Shown here piece after piece: positions 36,142 to 46,403 of a stretch of 64,000 bases of DNA (position 1 is its first letter; each line of letters opens with the position of its first letter). Position numbers and translations under genes: made by a program. Under the pieces are notes generated by a model that saw only the letters and a list, made by a program, of their open reading frames with translations, ran no database searches and was not told the origin of the DNA. Location of the stretch: the sequence record OU509535.1, one strand, 5' to 3'.

Positions 36142-38802
36142 TTACTGACATGCCTCAAGACGACGTGCCATAAACTCGGCACGTCTTGTTGTTTGTCCAT
36201 ACCATGCAGAGTTGCGAATGTGTGCTGCTGCCAGGCGATAGTTTCCCTGTGCCATGGCACCAAGCATACCAGTAAATTGTTGTACACCCCATTTACCCAT
36301 CTGGAATACCATCTCGACTAGTACAAGTTGAGCCATATATGGGGTTTTCATCTTATAAGATGCATAGATAGAACTGGCATCGTTAATTGCCTTTGTACTA
36401 TCACGAACCAACATTGCATCAGCTTGTTCTTCAGTAATACCTGAACTGAAGTTTTCACCACGTAATACTAGGTGTCCATAACCAATAGTTGGGAACCCTC
36501 TACTATCAGTATAAGTCCAGAATTTATCATTTCTAAAGTACCCTTTTGCTTGTTGATATTGTTTAGTACCTTCAAACTCTTTGAGTTCTGGCATTAATGT
36601 AGAATCACCTGGTTTGATTTGCCAATCCACCGCAGTTTTATCTACTGTACCAATATTCATTTCTTGTGGGGAGTAATTAACCACTGTACTGCTTTTTGAT
36701 GTTCTTGGTCGTCTAACCGGAACATGACGAGACCCACGTTGTGCATAACCAGAACCAATTGTTTGTATCTTGGTACTAACAACCAGTTCATTACTATCAT
36801 TACCAGACACCACCACTGTGTTAGATGATGTTTCTTTGGTAGCTTTACCTTGTATTAGTGTTTTATTTGCACATTCTGAACCCGTACCAGTTTGGGTAGC
36901 ATAGAATAGACCAGGATCTACTGTACCACTAAAACCATATAAATTGGCTGAATCGACGCGAACTTCAAATTTCAAAATACCACTTGCAGTACCAATTTCT
37001 TGTCCTTTTTGTACTACATCTTTACTATACAATGAAGTTTTCAAACCATAAAATACTGATTTATACCCAGAATTATGTACAATATACACTGCATTATTAT
37101 ATATACCAACTGTACCGGCATCAGGTGCAACTACAGTAGAATTACATTGTATTTCCCAGCCATTATGATCTGTTGTACTTCCTTTATTGTCAGTTATATT
37201 TTTACCCCAATACCCGTACTGACGAATAATACCATTACATGGCATTAACATGTGAAGACCTTCATATGTTTGGGAATAACCATTCATACCAGTATCAGTC
37301 ATTAAATCTTGTGTCTGCACTTGAGATGTTTCTGGGGCGTATGAGATGAACTGTACGGCCTCCTGTTGTTGAGCCTGTACCAACTGTGGCTGGACGTCAT
37401 TCGCAGGTTGTGGATGTACTGGTGCCGTAGTTGAACCACTTCCTGAACCATTGTAACCTGTATCTACTGTACTACCATGATTTGATGCATCCTGCCAGTT
37501 TGAAATATTATGAATATGTTCATTAAGTCCTGCATTTGGTGTTTTAAAGTCCGGTGCCATAAATTCAGCAGTACCCTTATTACCTGAAGCATCAACTGTA
37601 AGATTCTGCCCACCACCACTGATATTAGTGGATGAATCACCGATGATGTTAGCAGTTGAACCTTTCATGGAAACATTACTACCAGCAGTCACATCAGTAC
37701 TACTACCGCTTTGTAAACGTAAAGAAGCAGCCGTCACCAATCGTAAATCTGCACCACTATTGATAACTACTTGTCCTTCTATTTTAGAATCCAATGAACC
37801 AAGTAATTCAAGTTTAGTATTACCACTAATACGAGCATTAAGATCCTGTCCAGTTTCTATATTACATGATCTACCAGAAACCATATTAATATCCTGACCA
37901 GCACGAATGTTAATATTTTTATCGCAGTGAATATTAATATCTCCATCACCGGTAAATGATATACGAGCAGTACCATCACGATTGATTAATAAAATATCAC
38001 CAGTTGCCTCAGATAACATCAACTGAGCACCACTACGAGTACGCAAAACAATACCTTCATTGGTTCTTGCTCCCACCCTGGTATCATTCACTGGGTTATT
38101 GAATTGTGTATCCTGATAAGTATCTGGATCATCATCCCATGAAGGAACATTAAGTTCATCATCGGTATATCCATCATCTAGTACAAAACTATTACCCCTT
38201 GGTGTACTCATACCATATACTGTACTAATCATTTGTCTGGTACTACTTCTGTTAGCTACACCAGCTTCTTTGTCGTATAAAAGGTTTTGTTTTTTTAAAC
38301 CTTCAACGATAGGAACATTGACATATTTTTCATTTTGATCAGTACTGATGGTATTTCTGTCATAATCGGTAACTGGTAATGGAGAATCTGTACCACTATA
38401 TTGTGATGTAGTGGAAGTTGCCATACCTGGAACCATTGTGTTCATTCGTTGTTCGTATATACAACCAATCCAGTAAGCTTCATGTGATCTACCCTGAATG
38501 AATATAACAATTACTGGACAGCCTACATCGGGAGGTACCGCCCAGAATCCATAACCTTTTGGATACTGACCGTATGCATCAGCACTCGGTACACCTGGGG
38601 TTTTACCTGCAAATGGAGACATATAAGAACATTCAATCCATGATTTCTTATCGTCTCGTTCACTTTGTGAACCCTGAACCCATACTTTAATTTTACCACT
38701 CATAGTAGGATCTCGGTTGTCCATAACAATCGCTACCTGTGGATAAGCTGGGTCAAAACGACCCAACTGTTCTTTTGCATACTGTTTACTTGTATCTACC
38801 AT
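36142..38802 (-). CDS. gp5: gp5-like central spike: OB-fold, beta-helix, HxH tip, degenerate M23-like domain, C-terminal GH24 lysozyme
   Basis: AIVMDNRDPTMSGKIKVWV (OB fold), 8-residue beta-helix periodicity, EHIH tip, C-terminal YTDSRGFPTIGYGHL...MVFQMG. Confidence 0.85.
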   Translation of the reverse strand: MVDTSKQYAKEQLGRFDPAYPQVAIVMDNRDPTMSGKIKVWVQGSQSERDDKKSWIECSYMSPFAGKTPGVPSADAYGQYPKGYGFWAVPPDVGCPVIVIFIQGRSHEAYWIGCIYEQRMNTMVPGMATSTTSQYSGTDSPLPVTDYDRNTISTDQNEKYVNVPIVEGLKKQNLLYDKEAGVANRSSTRQMISTVYGMSTPRGNSFVLDDGYTDDELNVPSWDDDPDTYQDTQFNNPVNDTRVGARTNEGIVLRTRSGAQLMLSEATGDILLINRDGTARISFTGDGDINIHCDKNINIRAGQDINMVSGRSCNIETGQDLNARISGNTKLELLGSLDSKIEGQVVINSGADLRLVTAASLRLQSGSSTDVTAGSNVSMKGSTANIIGDSSTNISGGGQNLTVDASGNKGTAEFMAPDFKTPNAGLNEHIHNISNWQDASNHGSTVDTGYNGSGSGSTTAPVHPQPANDVQPQLVQAQQQEAVQFISYAPETSQVQTQDLMTDTGMNGYSQTYEGLHMLMPCNGIIRQYGYWGKNITDNKGSTTDHNGWEIQCNSTVVAPDAGTVGIYNNAVYIVHNSGYKSVFYGLKTSLYSKDVVQKGQEIGTASGILKFEVRVDSANLYGFSGTVDPGLFYATQTGTGSECANKTLIQGKATKETSSNTVVVSGNDSNELVVSTKIQTIGSGYAQRGSRHVPVRRPRTSKSSTVVNYSPQEMNIGTVDKTAVDWQIKPGDSTLMPELKEFEGTKQYQQAKGYFRNDKFWTYTDSRGFPTIGYGHLVLRGENFSSGITEEQADAMLVRDSTKAINDASSIYASYKMKTPYMAQLVLVEMVFQMGKWGVQQFTGMLGAMAQGNYRLAAAHIRNSAWYGQTTRRAEFMARRLEACQ

Positions 38803-38813
38803 TATTATTTCCT

Positions 38814-41147
38814 TTAATTGGTATCAGAATTAGAATTTGATGTAGAATCTGAACGTTTTAATGCACGAACTACTAATGCTGCCTGAAGTTGTTGTGTAAA
38901 TGAACCACCATTAGAGAACGTACTAACTACTTTATTAACTCTATAAAAAGAACTATTAAAAATTGTTGGGGTACTTACATCCAAAATACCGGTATTATCA
39001 TTAATAGAAACAACTGGTTTAATATTAAGTAAAAGATATGCTTCAGTATCCAGATAGTTAGCATAATAAAAATCATCAACATCCAATGATATTTCTTGTC
39101 CATCCTGAACAATTTGTTTAATGTATTTTAAAAAAGAATAATCACTCCATCCCAACCAGTAAGGATCTCCAACAACTTTCATGTCAAGATTCATTAGAAA
39201 AGGGCGAACATAATAATTATCACGCATGTTACGCCTAACCATTTCTTCTGAACTACTATTATCATTAACGGAAGCACTTGTGGTAGTGTAGTTATTCTCT
39301 GCTTCAGTAGGAACTGCGTAAATTAAATTATCACGAGTGGTAATATTACCAGTATCGCTTCCAGTACCACTGTGCTCAGATGAAACGTTGTCATTGTAAT
39401 CTTCTACGTATTCTCGGTTAACTTGAACTTTGAAGTTATTAAGTTCATCCTGTTCTTCTTGTGCTCCAACTTTTTGTAATGGAATAAGTGATTCATTAAC
39501 TTTTTTAACGAATTGTTTTTGTTCATCTGTTAATACAGTACCAAGTTTTTCTTTTGTTTTTAAATCATAAGCAACTTCCCATGCATCCGGTAGTGTTTTG
39601 TACTGAACACCGTCCAGTATAAACGGAGTACTGGCATGAGTACCACCAATATTTTTAGTGTCTTGTATTGGTGTGGGGTTACGTGTTGTAGCAACAAAAA
39701 ACTGTTGATCGAATTTTAAATCTAAATTTAAAATTTCCTGGTTAAGACCCGTAAAATGATAATTATAAGTTTTGGCTTTTATTTTTGTTTTGTTATCACT
39801 TGGATCTATATATTTCTTAGCCTCATTAAAAAATGTTTCAAAATTAAATCTTTCTTTTTCCAAATCTTTCTCATGAACAATATCACCGAGTTTATATGGT
39901 AAAATATTAAAAATAACTTTATATACAGTAGTATTTCGATATGGATCAAACCCCACATATTCCTGTACTGGAATGATATTAACAAATTGACGAACACTTT
40001 GTACATCTGCTGGATTACCACAGTTATCAAGTACATCATCGATTATTCTTGAAATTGGTGTACTGGCATTCCATGACAAATACTTTGAACCTTGTTGACC
40101 TGTACTTGTCTTACCTACTTCGGAACTTTGTTTAGAATCATAATTGATATATAAATCTTTAAGAGAAGGAGTGACTCTTAATTCAAAGAATTTTTGATCA
40201 GAAAGTTCACTAAACAATGGGACAAGATAACCATATTGTCTCATTGACATTTCATTTAATTTATCTTCTAAATCAGCACATAATTCGTCAAAATATGCAG
40301 CAGTGCAGTTATATTGTTCTTTTAGTGTCCATGAATTATTATCAATTAAACTTCTTGTGTTAGCCACTAATTGCATATTGTATTTCATTACGCTACCAGT
40401 TTGAGAAGCCTGTGCCAGTACTTTAATCATACGAACCGACCATTTTCTGGTAATATCAGGAATAACTGTTGGTGCTCCATCTTTATATCCAATAAATTTT
40501 AATTCGAGAATAAGAGGTACATCACCAAATTTCTTATAGCCAAGTTTGTTGCTTAATACAATTAATGTATCATATAAACTCATACTATTATTTTCAGTAA
40601 CAGAAATTTCATATGTATTAGAGCTATAGCAAGTGGTCAAACCGGGAGAAGCCGGAACTGCGTTAGTAATTTTAACATCAGTAATACTATAATTAGATGT
40701 AACACCACTTTCAGCAATAATATATTCTTGTGATTCCCAGTTTGGCTCTTTGTTAAACATTTTGAAATCATCCGGTGATAATGCATAAAGGGAAAAATGC
40801 CATGTGTAATTATCATACTGTAATAGAACATTTTCATAATTAACTACATAGTCATTAAAATCTTTTCCATAAAATACACCATCTAATGGTCTATCAGTGC
40901 CATTATTTTCTGGTTGTGGGTTAGCCGCAAATTTGTTATTACTAATAGCACTAACATCATTTTTTAAAGAATTTACTTTATTTTGTAATATAGAAGAAAT
41001 GTCTTTTGTAGCACTACTTTCGGATGTTGTAGTACTTGTTGAGTTTGATACACTGCTTGTAGTACTACTTGATGCTGTTTTAGCTTGTTCTACATCATCA
41101 GCAAATGTTTGTGCCTGTTTTACTAGATTACTTAAATTGAATGCCAT
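38814..41147 (-). CDS. baseplate hub protein (gp27-like)
   Basis: 777 aa immediately upstream of the spike; C-terminal MKVVGDPYWL...YRVNKVVSTFSNGGSFTQQL pattern. Confidence 0.65.
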   Translation of the reverse strand: MAFNLSNLVKQAQTFADDVEQAKTASSSTTSSVSNSTSTTTSESSATKDISSILQNKVNSLKNDVSAISNNKFAANPQPENNGTDRPLDGVFYGKDFNDYVVNYENVLLQYDNYTWHFSLYALSPDDFKMFNKEPNWESQEYIIAESGVTSNYSITDVKITNAVPASPGLTTCYSSNTYEISVTENNSMSLYDTLIVLSNKLGYKKFGDVPLILELKFIGYKDGAPTVIPDITRKWSVRMIKVLAQASQTGSVMKYNMQLVANTRSLIDNNSWTLKEQYNCTAAYFDELCADLEDKLNEMSMRQYGYLVPLFSELSDQKFFELRVTPSLKDLYINYDSKQSSEVGKTSTGQQGSKYLSWNASTPISRIIDDVLDNCGNPADVQSVRQFVNIIPVQEYVGFDPYRNTTVYKVIFNILPYKLGDIVHEKDLEKERFNFETFFNEAKKYIDPSDNKTKIKAKTYNYHFTGLNQEILNLDLKFDQQFFVATTRNPTPIQDTKNIGGTHASTPFILDGVQYKTLPDAWEVAYDLKTKEKLGTVLTDEQKQFVKKVNESLIPLQKVGAQEEQDELNNFKVQVNREYVEDYNDNVSSEHSGTGSDTGNITTRDNLIYAVPTEAENNYTTTSASVNDNSSSEEMVRRNMRDNYYVRPFLMNLDMKVVGDPYWLGWSDYSFLKYIKQIVQDGQEISLDVDDFYYANYLDTEAYLLLNIKPVVSINDNTGILDVSTPTIFNSSFYRVNKVVSTFSNGGSFTQQLQAALVVRALKRSDSTSNSNSDTN

Positions 41148-41156
41148 AATAACCTC

Positions 41157-41483
41157 TTATTGGACGTTTCTCGAAGTCCCAAGATACGTTTGAATTCTTT
41201 GTGGTGTGGGTACTTTAATAACTAAACCACTTTTAAAATTATAAATTGGATCTTCACCTAATAAATCTGGATTAAGAAGTGCAAAAATATAATACAAACG
41301 TTCATTGCCGTATAATTCATATGATAATCTCCACGGCTGTTCATCGTATTTGGCAGGAATTTCGTAATCCTGATCACTATCTGCCGCCACCATATCTCTT
41401 GGTAAATTATAATCCAGATACCACGTCTTTTCAGTCTTTGCGTATGGAGAAAATTGACTTGGGCTTGCATTAGAATTTGACAT
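41157..41483 (-). CDS. gp53: gp53-like (LysM-type) baseplate wedge protein
   Basis: YDEQPWRLSYELYGNERLYYIFALLNP...FKSGLVIKVP. Confidence 0.8.
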   Translation of the reverse strand: MSNSNASPSQFSPYAKTEKTWYLDYNLPRDMVAADSDQDYEIPAKYDEQPWRLSYELYGNERLYYIFALLNPDLLGEDPIYNFKSGLVIKVPTPQRIQTYLGTSRNVQ

Positions 41484-42214
41484 TAAATAAATCCTCCTTT
41501 GCGTAATAAGTCTCCACGCTTAAATGAATTGAGATTGAAATTCTTGGTAACATAATCCGATGTGGGTTGCTCTTCTAATTGGATAGTTACAGGGACTTTG
41601 TGTGGAACCCATACTTCGTTTTGTTGATTCATATAACCATTACTTCTTAATTGATCAAAAAAAGTTCTGGTATCCGCATCACTTAAATTAAATGTAGTAG
41701 TGCTACTATCAACTGGAACCTGAATATAATCAACATCGTTGGTTAAAGAAAAATTATAACTTTTTAAAATAACAGGAATATCATTATATACATATCTTCC
41801 ATAAGCACTTAGTAGTAAAATCGGTGGAGGTGCACCAGCAACAGCATAATCGTTATTACTACTCATAGCAGCCTGTCTACCAAAATCCATCAATGATACG
41901 CTTCTTATGAAATGCATACATGCTAAAGTATACAGTGCTTCTGTTGGTGTATTACTAATGAATTCACCTTGAATATTAAAAATAGTATTAGATGTGTTTT
42001 TATAATTATTATAATTTGAATTCGAATGCACTGGTGATTGTGTTTCATAAACTACCGAACGTTGTTCTGTAATAGTTGGGGTAACATTCCATACTAAACC
42101 ATTAGAACTTCTAAGAAAGGATAGTAACGTTGGTTTGGAAGCATCTCCGTAATCACCGTATACATAATTCGCACCCGCATCTTTTGGTCTTAATCTTACA
42201 CGGCGGTCAATCAT
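41483..42214 (-). CDS. tail tube initiator/baseplate-tube junction protein
   Basis: TPTI...GAPPPILLLSAYG...IPVILKSY tube-like pattern directly upstream of the LysM gene. Confidence 0.65.
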   Translation of the reverse strand: MIDRRVRLRPKDAGANYVYGDYGDASKPTLLSFLRSSNGLVWNVTPTITEQRSVVYETQSPVHSNSNYNNYKNTSNTIFNIQGEFISNTPTEALYTLACMHFIRSVSLMDFGRQAAMSSNNDYAVAGAPPPILLLSAYGRYVYNDIPVILKSYNFSLTNDVDYIQVPVDSSTTTFNLSDADTRTFFDQLRSNGYMNQQNEVWVPHKVPVTIQLEEQPTSDYVTKNFNLNSFKRGDLLRKGGFI

Positions 42215-42243
42215 TTTTTATTTCTCCATTAGGACATTTATAA

Positions 42244-42282
42244 TATTTATATTTGAATAAAAACTATTTTTTGTACTATAAT
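42244..42282. promoter_or_regulatory. back-to-back late promoter (-) and sigma70-type promoter (+)
   Basis: TATAAATA on - at 42244-42251; TTGAAT-N18-TATAAT on + at 42253-42282. Confidence 0.65.
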
Positions 42283-42331
42283 ATATACAATGATCCATAT
42301 TATGGACAACGTGCAATCAAAGGATTTGTAA

Positions 42332-43201
42332 ATGACACGCCCACGCAGAAAAAAATATCTCAATAATGCAGATCTATTGAGAGAAATTCAAAAAAGTAAA
42401 ATGACATATTGTTCTGTAATAGATCCTATATACAATATGTATGATTTCATTGTTTTTGATGAATCAGAAATCGATGAAGAGATTCTACAAAAAGCAAAAA
42501 CTGCAAGAATCAAACGTCTAAATAATGAAATCCTCGAAAATACAAGGAATGTTCTGAATTGTGGAACTAAAAAGGCTCGAGAACATTGCATTGAACAGGA
42601 TTTATTCTTAAAAGATGTACCAGATGATGAAGTTGTTATTAGAGTAATCACAAATGAACACATTCCAGAAGGAACACGTACAAATTTCGAAGCATTTAAG
42701 CAATATATTATCAGTACTGATGGTGAATTGATTGAAGTTGCTAGAAGTCACTGGAAAGGTGATTTTGAAACCGGAGAATTCACTGTTAATGGTGGTAAGT
42801 TAACTAATGAGCTTGGTAAAATGTTCATTAAGCTGGTTGAAGAGATTTCACATAAAGCTAATTTTAGAAATTATACATACTTAGATGAAATGCAAGGTGA
42901 AGCACGAATTCAGTTGGTAAAAAATGCTCTACTTTTCAAAGAAAGTATGTTGTACAAAAAAGATAAACCTACTAATCAACTAAATCCATTTTCTTATTAT
43001 ACAAGTTTCGTAACTAATTCGTTTCGTTCTGTTCTTAATAGTGAAAAAACGGTTCGTAATATCCGAGATGATTTATTAGAAATAAACGGTTTCACTCCAT
43101 CTCACACACGTCAATTGGAAATTGAAGTACAAATGATTGAACGAAAGAAAGAAGAAGAACAAGAAGAGAAAGATATCGATGAAAACCGACATTTTATTTG
43201 A
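42332..43201 (+). CDS. gp55: gp55-like late-transcription sigma factor
   Basis: KYLNNADLLREI...LGKMFIKL...NFRNYTYLDEM...NPFSYYTSFVTNSF...EK...IRDDLL. Confidence 0.85.
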   Translation: MTRPRRKKYLNNADLLREIQKSKMTYCSVIDPIYNMYDFIVFDESEIDEEILQKAKTARIKRLNNEILENTRNVLNCGTKKAREHCIEQDLFLKDVPDDEVVIRVITNEHIPEGTRTNFEAFKQYIISTDGELIEVARSHWKGDFETGEFTVNGGKLTNELGKMFIKLVEEISHKANFRNYTYLDEMQGEARIQLVKNALLFKESMLYKKDKPTNQLNPFSYYTSFVTNSFRSVLNSEKTVRNIRDDLLEINGFTPSHTRQLEIEVQMIERKKEEEQEEKDIDENRHFI

Positions 43202-44219
43202 TAAAGCGATAACATTCACTGATATTCATTTCGGAATGAAGAATAACAGTAAACAACACAATGAAGATTGTGTTAATTTTGTCAAATTCATGATTGAAGA
43301 AGCAAAAAAGAACGAAATAAGAGTTGCTATTTTTATGGGTGACTATTTTCACAACAGAAGTAATATTAATATTCAAACACTTAATTACGGTCTTGAAGTT
43401 CTTCAGATGCTTAATGATAATTTTGATAAAGTTTACTTTCTTGTTGGCAATCATGATATGTATCACAAAAATAAACGAGATATAACCAGCATTAATATGG
43501 CTAAAGTATACAATAATATTGTATTCATTAATGAAATTACAACAATTAAAGATTGTACTTTTATACCGTTTATGATTGATGATGAATATAAACAATTACC
43601 ACATATTAAATCCAAATATGTTTTTGGGCATCTTGAATTGCCTGGATATTTGTTGAATAAAATGGTAGAAATGCCTGATTGTGGAAAAGAGAATGAAGAT
43701 TCTTTTAGTTCATGTGAATATGTTTTTAGTGGACACTTTCATAAACGTCAGGCTAAATTAACCAGACATGGTACTAAAATTGTATACACTGGAAACTGTT
43801 TCCCTCATAACTTTTCTGATACATGGGATGATGCTCGTGGTGTTATGATTCTTGAACACGGAAAAGAGCCACAATTTAAAGCATGGGAACATGCACCTAA
43901 ATACAGAACATTCACCTTATCCGAATTTTTGTCTAACCCACAGTATTACGCTCAAGATGATACTATCAACAAAGTGTTAATTGATGTTAATATCAGTACT
44001 GATGAAATTAGTTTCATTCGTGAAATATTCAGTTCTCAATATAATATCAGAGAATTTAATGCTGTTGCTAATAAACAAAATATAAAAGAATTACTTGAAT
44101 CTGAACAGGAATTCGAAAATACAGAATCAGTCGATGAAATTGTAATTCAACAAATTATGGAACTTGATAGTACAATGTTCGATAAATCACTACTTATACA
44201 AATATATAATTCTTTATAA
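43179..44219 (+). CDS. gp47: gp47/Mre11-like recombination nuclease subunit
   Basis: Phosphoesterase motifs TDIH, GDYFH, GNHD, GHL and SGHFH; start at ATG 43179. Confidence 0.93.
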   Translation: MKTDILFDKAITFTDIHFGMKNNSKQHNEDCVNFVKFMIEEAKKNEIRVAIFMGDYFHNRSNINIQTLNYGLEVLQMLNDNFDKVYFLVGNHDMYHKNKRDITSINMAKVYNNIVFINEITTIKDCTFIPFMIDDEYKQLPHIKSKYVFGHLELPGYLLNKMVEMPDCGKENEDSFSSCEYVFSGHFHKRQAKLTRHGTKIVYTGNCFPHNFSDTWDDARGVMILEHGKEPQFKAWEHAPKYRTFTLSEFLSNPQYYAQDDTINKVLIDVNISTDEISFIREIFSSQYNIREFNAVANKQNIKELLESEQEFENTESVDEIVIQQIMELDSTMFDKSLLIQIYNSL

Positions 44220-44228
44220 GGAAATAAA

Positions 44229-46373
44229 GTGTTAACATTTAAACGTATTACTATGCGAAATTTTTTCTCCTTTGGTAATGCACCACAAACAATTGATCTA
44301 GATAGTTCAGATATTACACTTGTTCTTGGTCAAAATAATGATGCAGTTATTGAAGGAAATGATAGTTCAGGAAGAAGAAATGGTGTTGGTAAATCCGCTA
44401 TTATTCAGGGAATTGTTTTTGGTTTGTACGGAAAAAGTATTGCAAATGAAATTAAAATTCCCAATTTAGTGAATAAAATAAACGGAAAGAACTGTGAAGT
44501 AAAAATTGAATTTGAAAAAGATGGAATTTCTTATATTGTAGAACGTGGGCGTAATCCTGCGTTTTTTAATTTCATCAAACTCAGTGATGATCAAATAAAT
44601 GACGAAAGTCGTGGTGAAAAGAAAGATACACAAGAAGATTTAAATGAAATTTTGGGTATTTCACAATTTCTGTTTGAACACATTGTAGTACTGAATGCTA
44701 ATGTCGAACCTTTTCTTTCTATGTCTGCACAAAAACAACGTGATATGATCGAAGAACTTCTCGGTATTACACAATTAACCGAAAAAGCACAGCTTCTTAA
44801 AGATATGCAAAAGGAAACTAAGCGTTTAGCAGAGCAAGAACGTTTTAAAAATGAAACTATACAAGCAAGTAATGAACGAATTCAAAAAAGTATAGAAACT
44901 CTTCAGGAACAGGCAAATAAATTCGAAATTGACAAGTCAAACCGAATCAGTGAACTAGAAAAACAGATTGAAACCTATTCTGTTCTAAATTTCGAAGAAC
45001 TATATGAACAAGCCAATATAAAAGAAGAATCATTAATTCATAATGCTAAGAAATCCAATTTAGAAAATCGCGTATCTGATTTAGTACTTAAATATGAATC
45101 GTATAAACGAGATATTGAACATAATAAAGCAATACTAAAGATTAATATCGAACGCCTTCAACAAGTTGACATTGTAAGTGAATTAAAGAATCATGAAGAA
45201 CTTGAATTGTGGAAACAACTTGAATCTATACTAAAAGAGAACATAACACAAAAGAATTATAAAGAACAAAAAATAAATTTATTAAAAAGTACGTTACAAA
45301 GTTCTAAATCTTCTCTTGAATTGGAAAAAAACAAACTAGATGTGGTACTGAATAGCAAATGCCCACTGTGTAAATCAAGTCTAGAGCATAATGAGCATAG
45401 TTCTGATATTAAATCAAAAATTCTGAAAACGATTACTGATATTGAGAACTCTATATTAAGTACTGAATATGATATTAGTATACTTTATGAAGAAGTTGAT
45501 TCAATTGACGTGTTTGATATGCCCCCTAAGCCTGAAACTGTGTATAATACACTGACTGAAGCACAAATGCATGAGCATAAGTTACAGGAGTTAATTAAAC
45601 AGTACGAAATTGATCAAATCAATATTTTTGAATCAGAATTAATGTCATCATATGAAGAATTAAATTCTTTTGAACTAAAAGATGTACCAGATGCACTAAC
45701 CAAGACTGAAGTTCGTGAACTGGAACTTGCTTATGATTCATTAAAACAACAATTACAACGAGAATTTAGTACAGTAAACACATATATTAGTCAAATTAAC
45801 ACACTTCAGAATGAATCCATTGTCGTGGTTAATTATGACTCTTATAATGAACTGGATAAGCTACAAAATCATCAAGATTTTATGGTTAAACTTCTTCTCA
45901 ATAAAGATTCATACTTGAGAAAACGTATCATCGAACAAAATATTTCATTTTTAAACAACAGACTTCAGTACTATATTGATATGTGTGGTTCAGAGCACAA
46001 TGTTAAGTTCTTGACTGATTTGAGTGTTGAAATTGAAAAGAATGACCAGTACTTTGACTATAAACAGCTTAGTCGCGGTGAACGTACTCGTGTTAATATC
46101 GCACTGTCTTGTGCCTTCAGGGATACATATGAATCATTATATCAAAATATCAATTTAATTTGTTGTGATGAGGCATTAGAAACTGGCTTGGATGCTAGTG
46201 GTGTATTGAGAGCATGGATGATATTTCAGGACATGGCATCAATCAGAAATAAAAATGTCTTTGTTATTTCACACAGAGATGAACTTATTTCAAAAACCGA
46301 AAATATCATGAAAGTTACTAAAGAGGATGGATTCAGTACTGTTCAGTACTGTACATTAGACGATATATATTAA
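44229..46373 (+). CDS. gp46: gp46/Rad50-like SMC ATPase subunit
   Basis: GTG start, NGVGKS P-loop, coiled coil with CPLC hook, LSRGE signature, CCDE Walker B, ISH. Confidence 0.93.
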   Translation: MLTFKRITMRNFFSFGNAPQTIDLDSSDITLVLGQNNDAVIEGNDSSGRRNGVGKSAIIQGIVFGLYGKSIANEIKIPNLVNKINGKNCEVKIEFEKDGISYIVERGRNPAFFNFIKLSDDQINDESRGEKKDTQEDLNEILGISQFLFEHIVVLNANVEPFLSMSAQKQRDMIEELLGITQLTEKAQLLKDMQKETKRLAEQERFKNETIQASNERIQKSIETLQEQANKFEIDKSNRISELEKQIETYSVLNFEELYEQANIKEESLIHNAKKSNLENRVSDLVLKYESYKRDIEHNKAILKINIERLQQVDIVSELKNHEELELWKQLESILKENITQKNYKEQKINLLKSTLQSSKSSLELEKNKLDVVLNSKCPLCKSSLEHNEHSSDIKSKILKTITDIENSILSTEYDISILYEEVDSIDVFDMPPKPETVYNTLTEAQMHEHKLQELIKQYEIDQINIFESELMSSYEELNSFELKDVPDALTKTEVRELELAYDSLKQQLQREFSTVNTYISQINTLQNESIVVVNYDSYNELDKLQNHQDFMVKLLLNKDSYLRKRIIEQNISFLNNRLQYYIDMCGSEHNVKFLTDLSVEIEKNDQYFDYKQLSRGERTRVNIALSCAFRDTYESLYQNINLICCDEALETGLDASGVLRAWMIFQDMASIRNKNVFVISHRDELISKTENIMKVTKEDGFSTVQYCTLDDIY

Positions 46374-46403
46374 AAAAGGGGAGCATATTAGCTCCCCTTT
46401 TTT
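46372..46403. terminator. bidirectional terminator
   Basis: A6-GGGGAGC-ATATTA-GCTCCCC-T6. Confidence 0.85.

Noticed and set aside
36037-36321. Track ORF of 94 aa on +
   Set aside because: It starts inside the repeat, runs antisense to the spike lysozyme domain and is Cys-rich shadow sequence.
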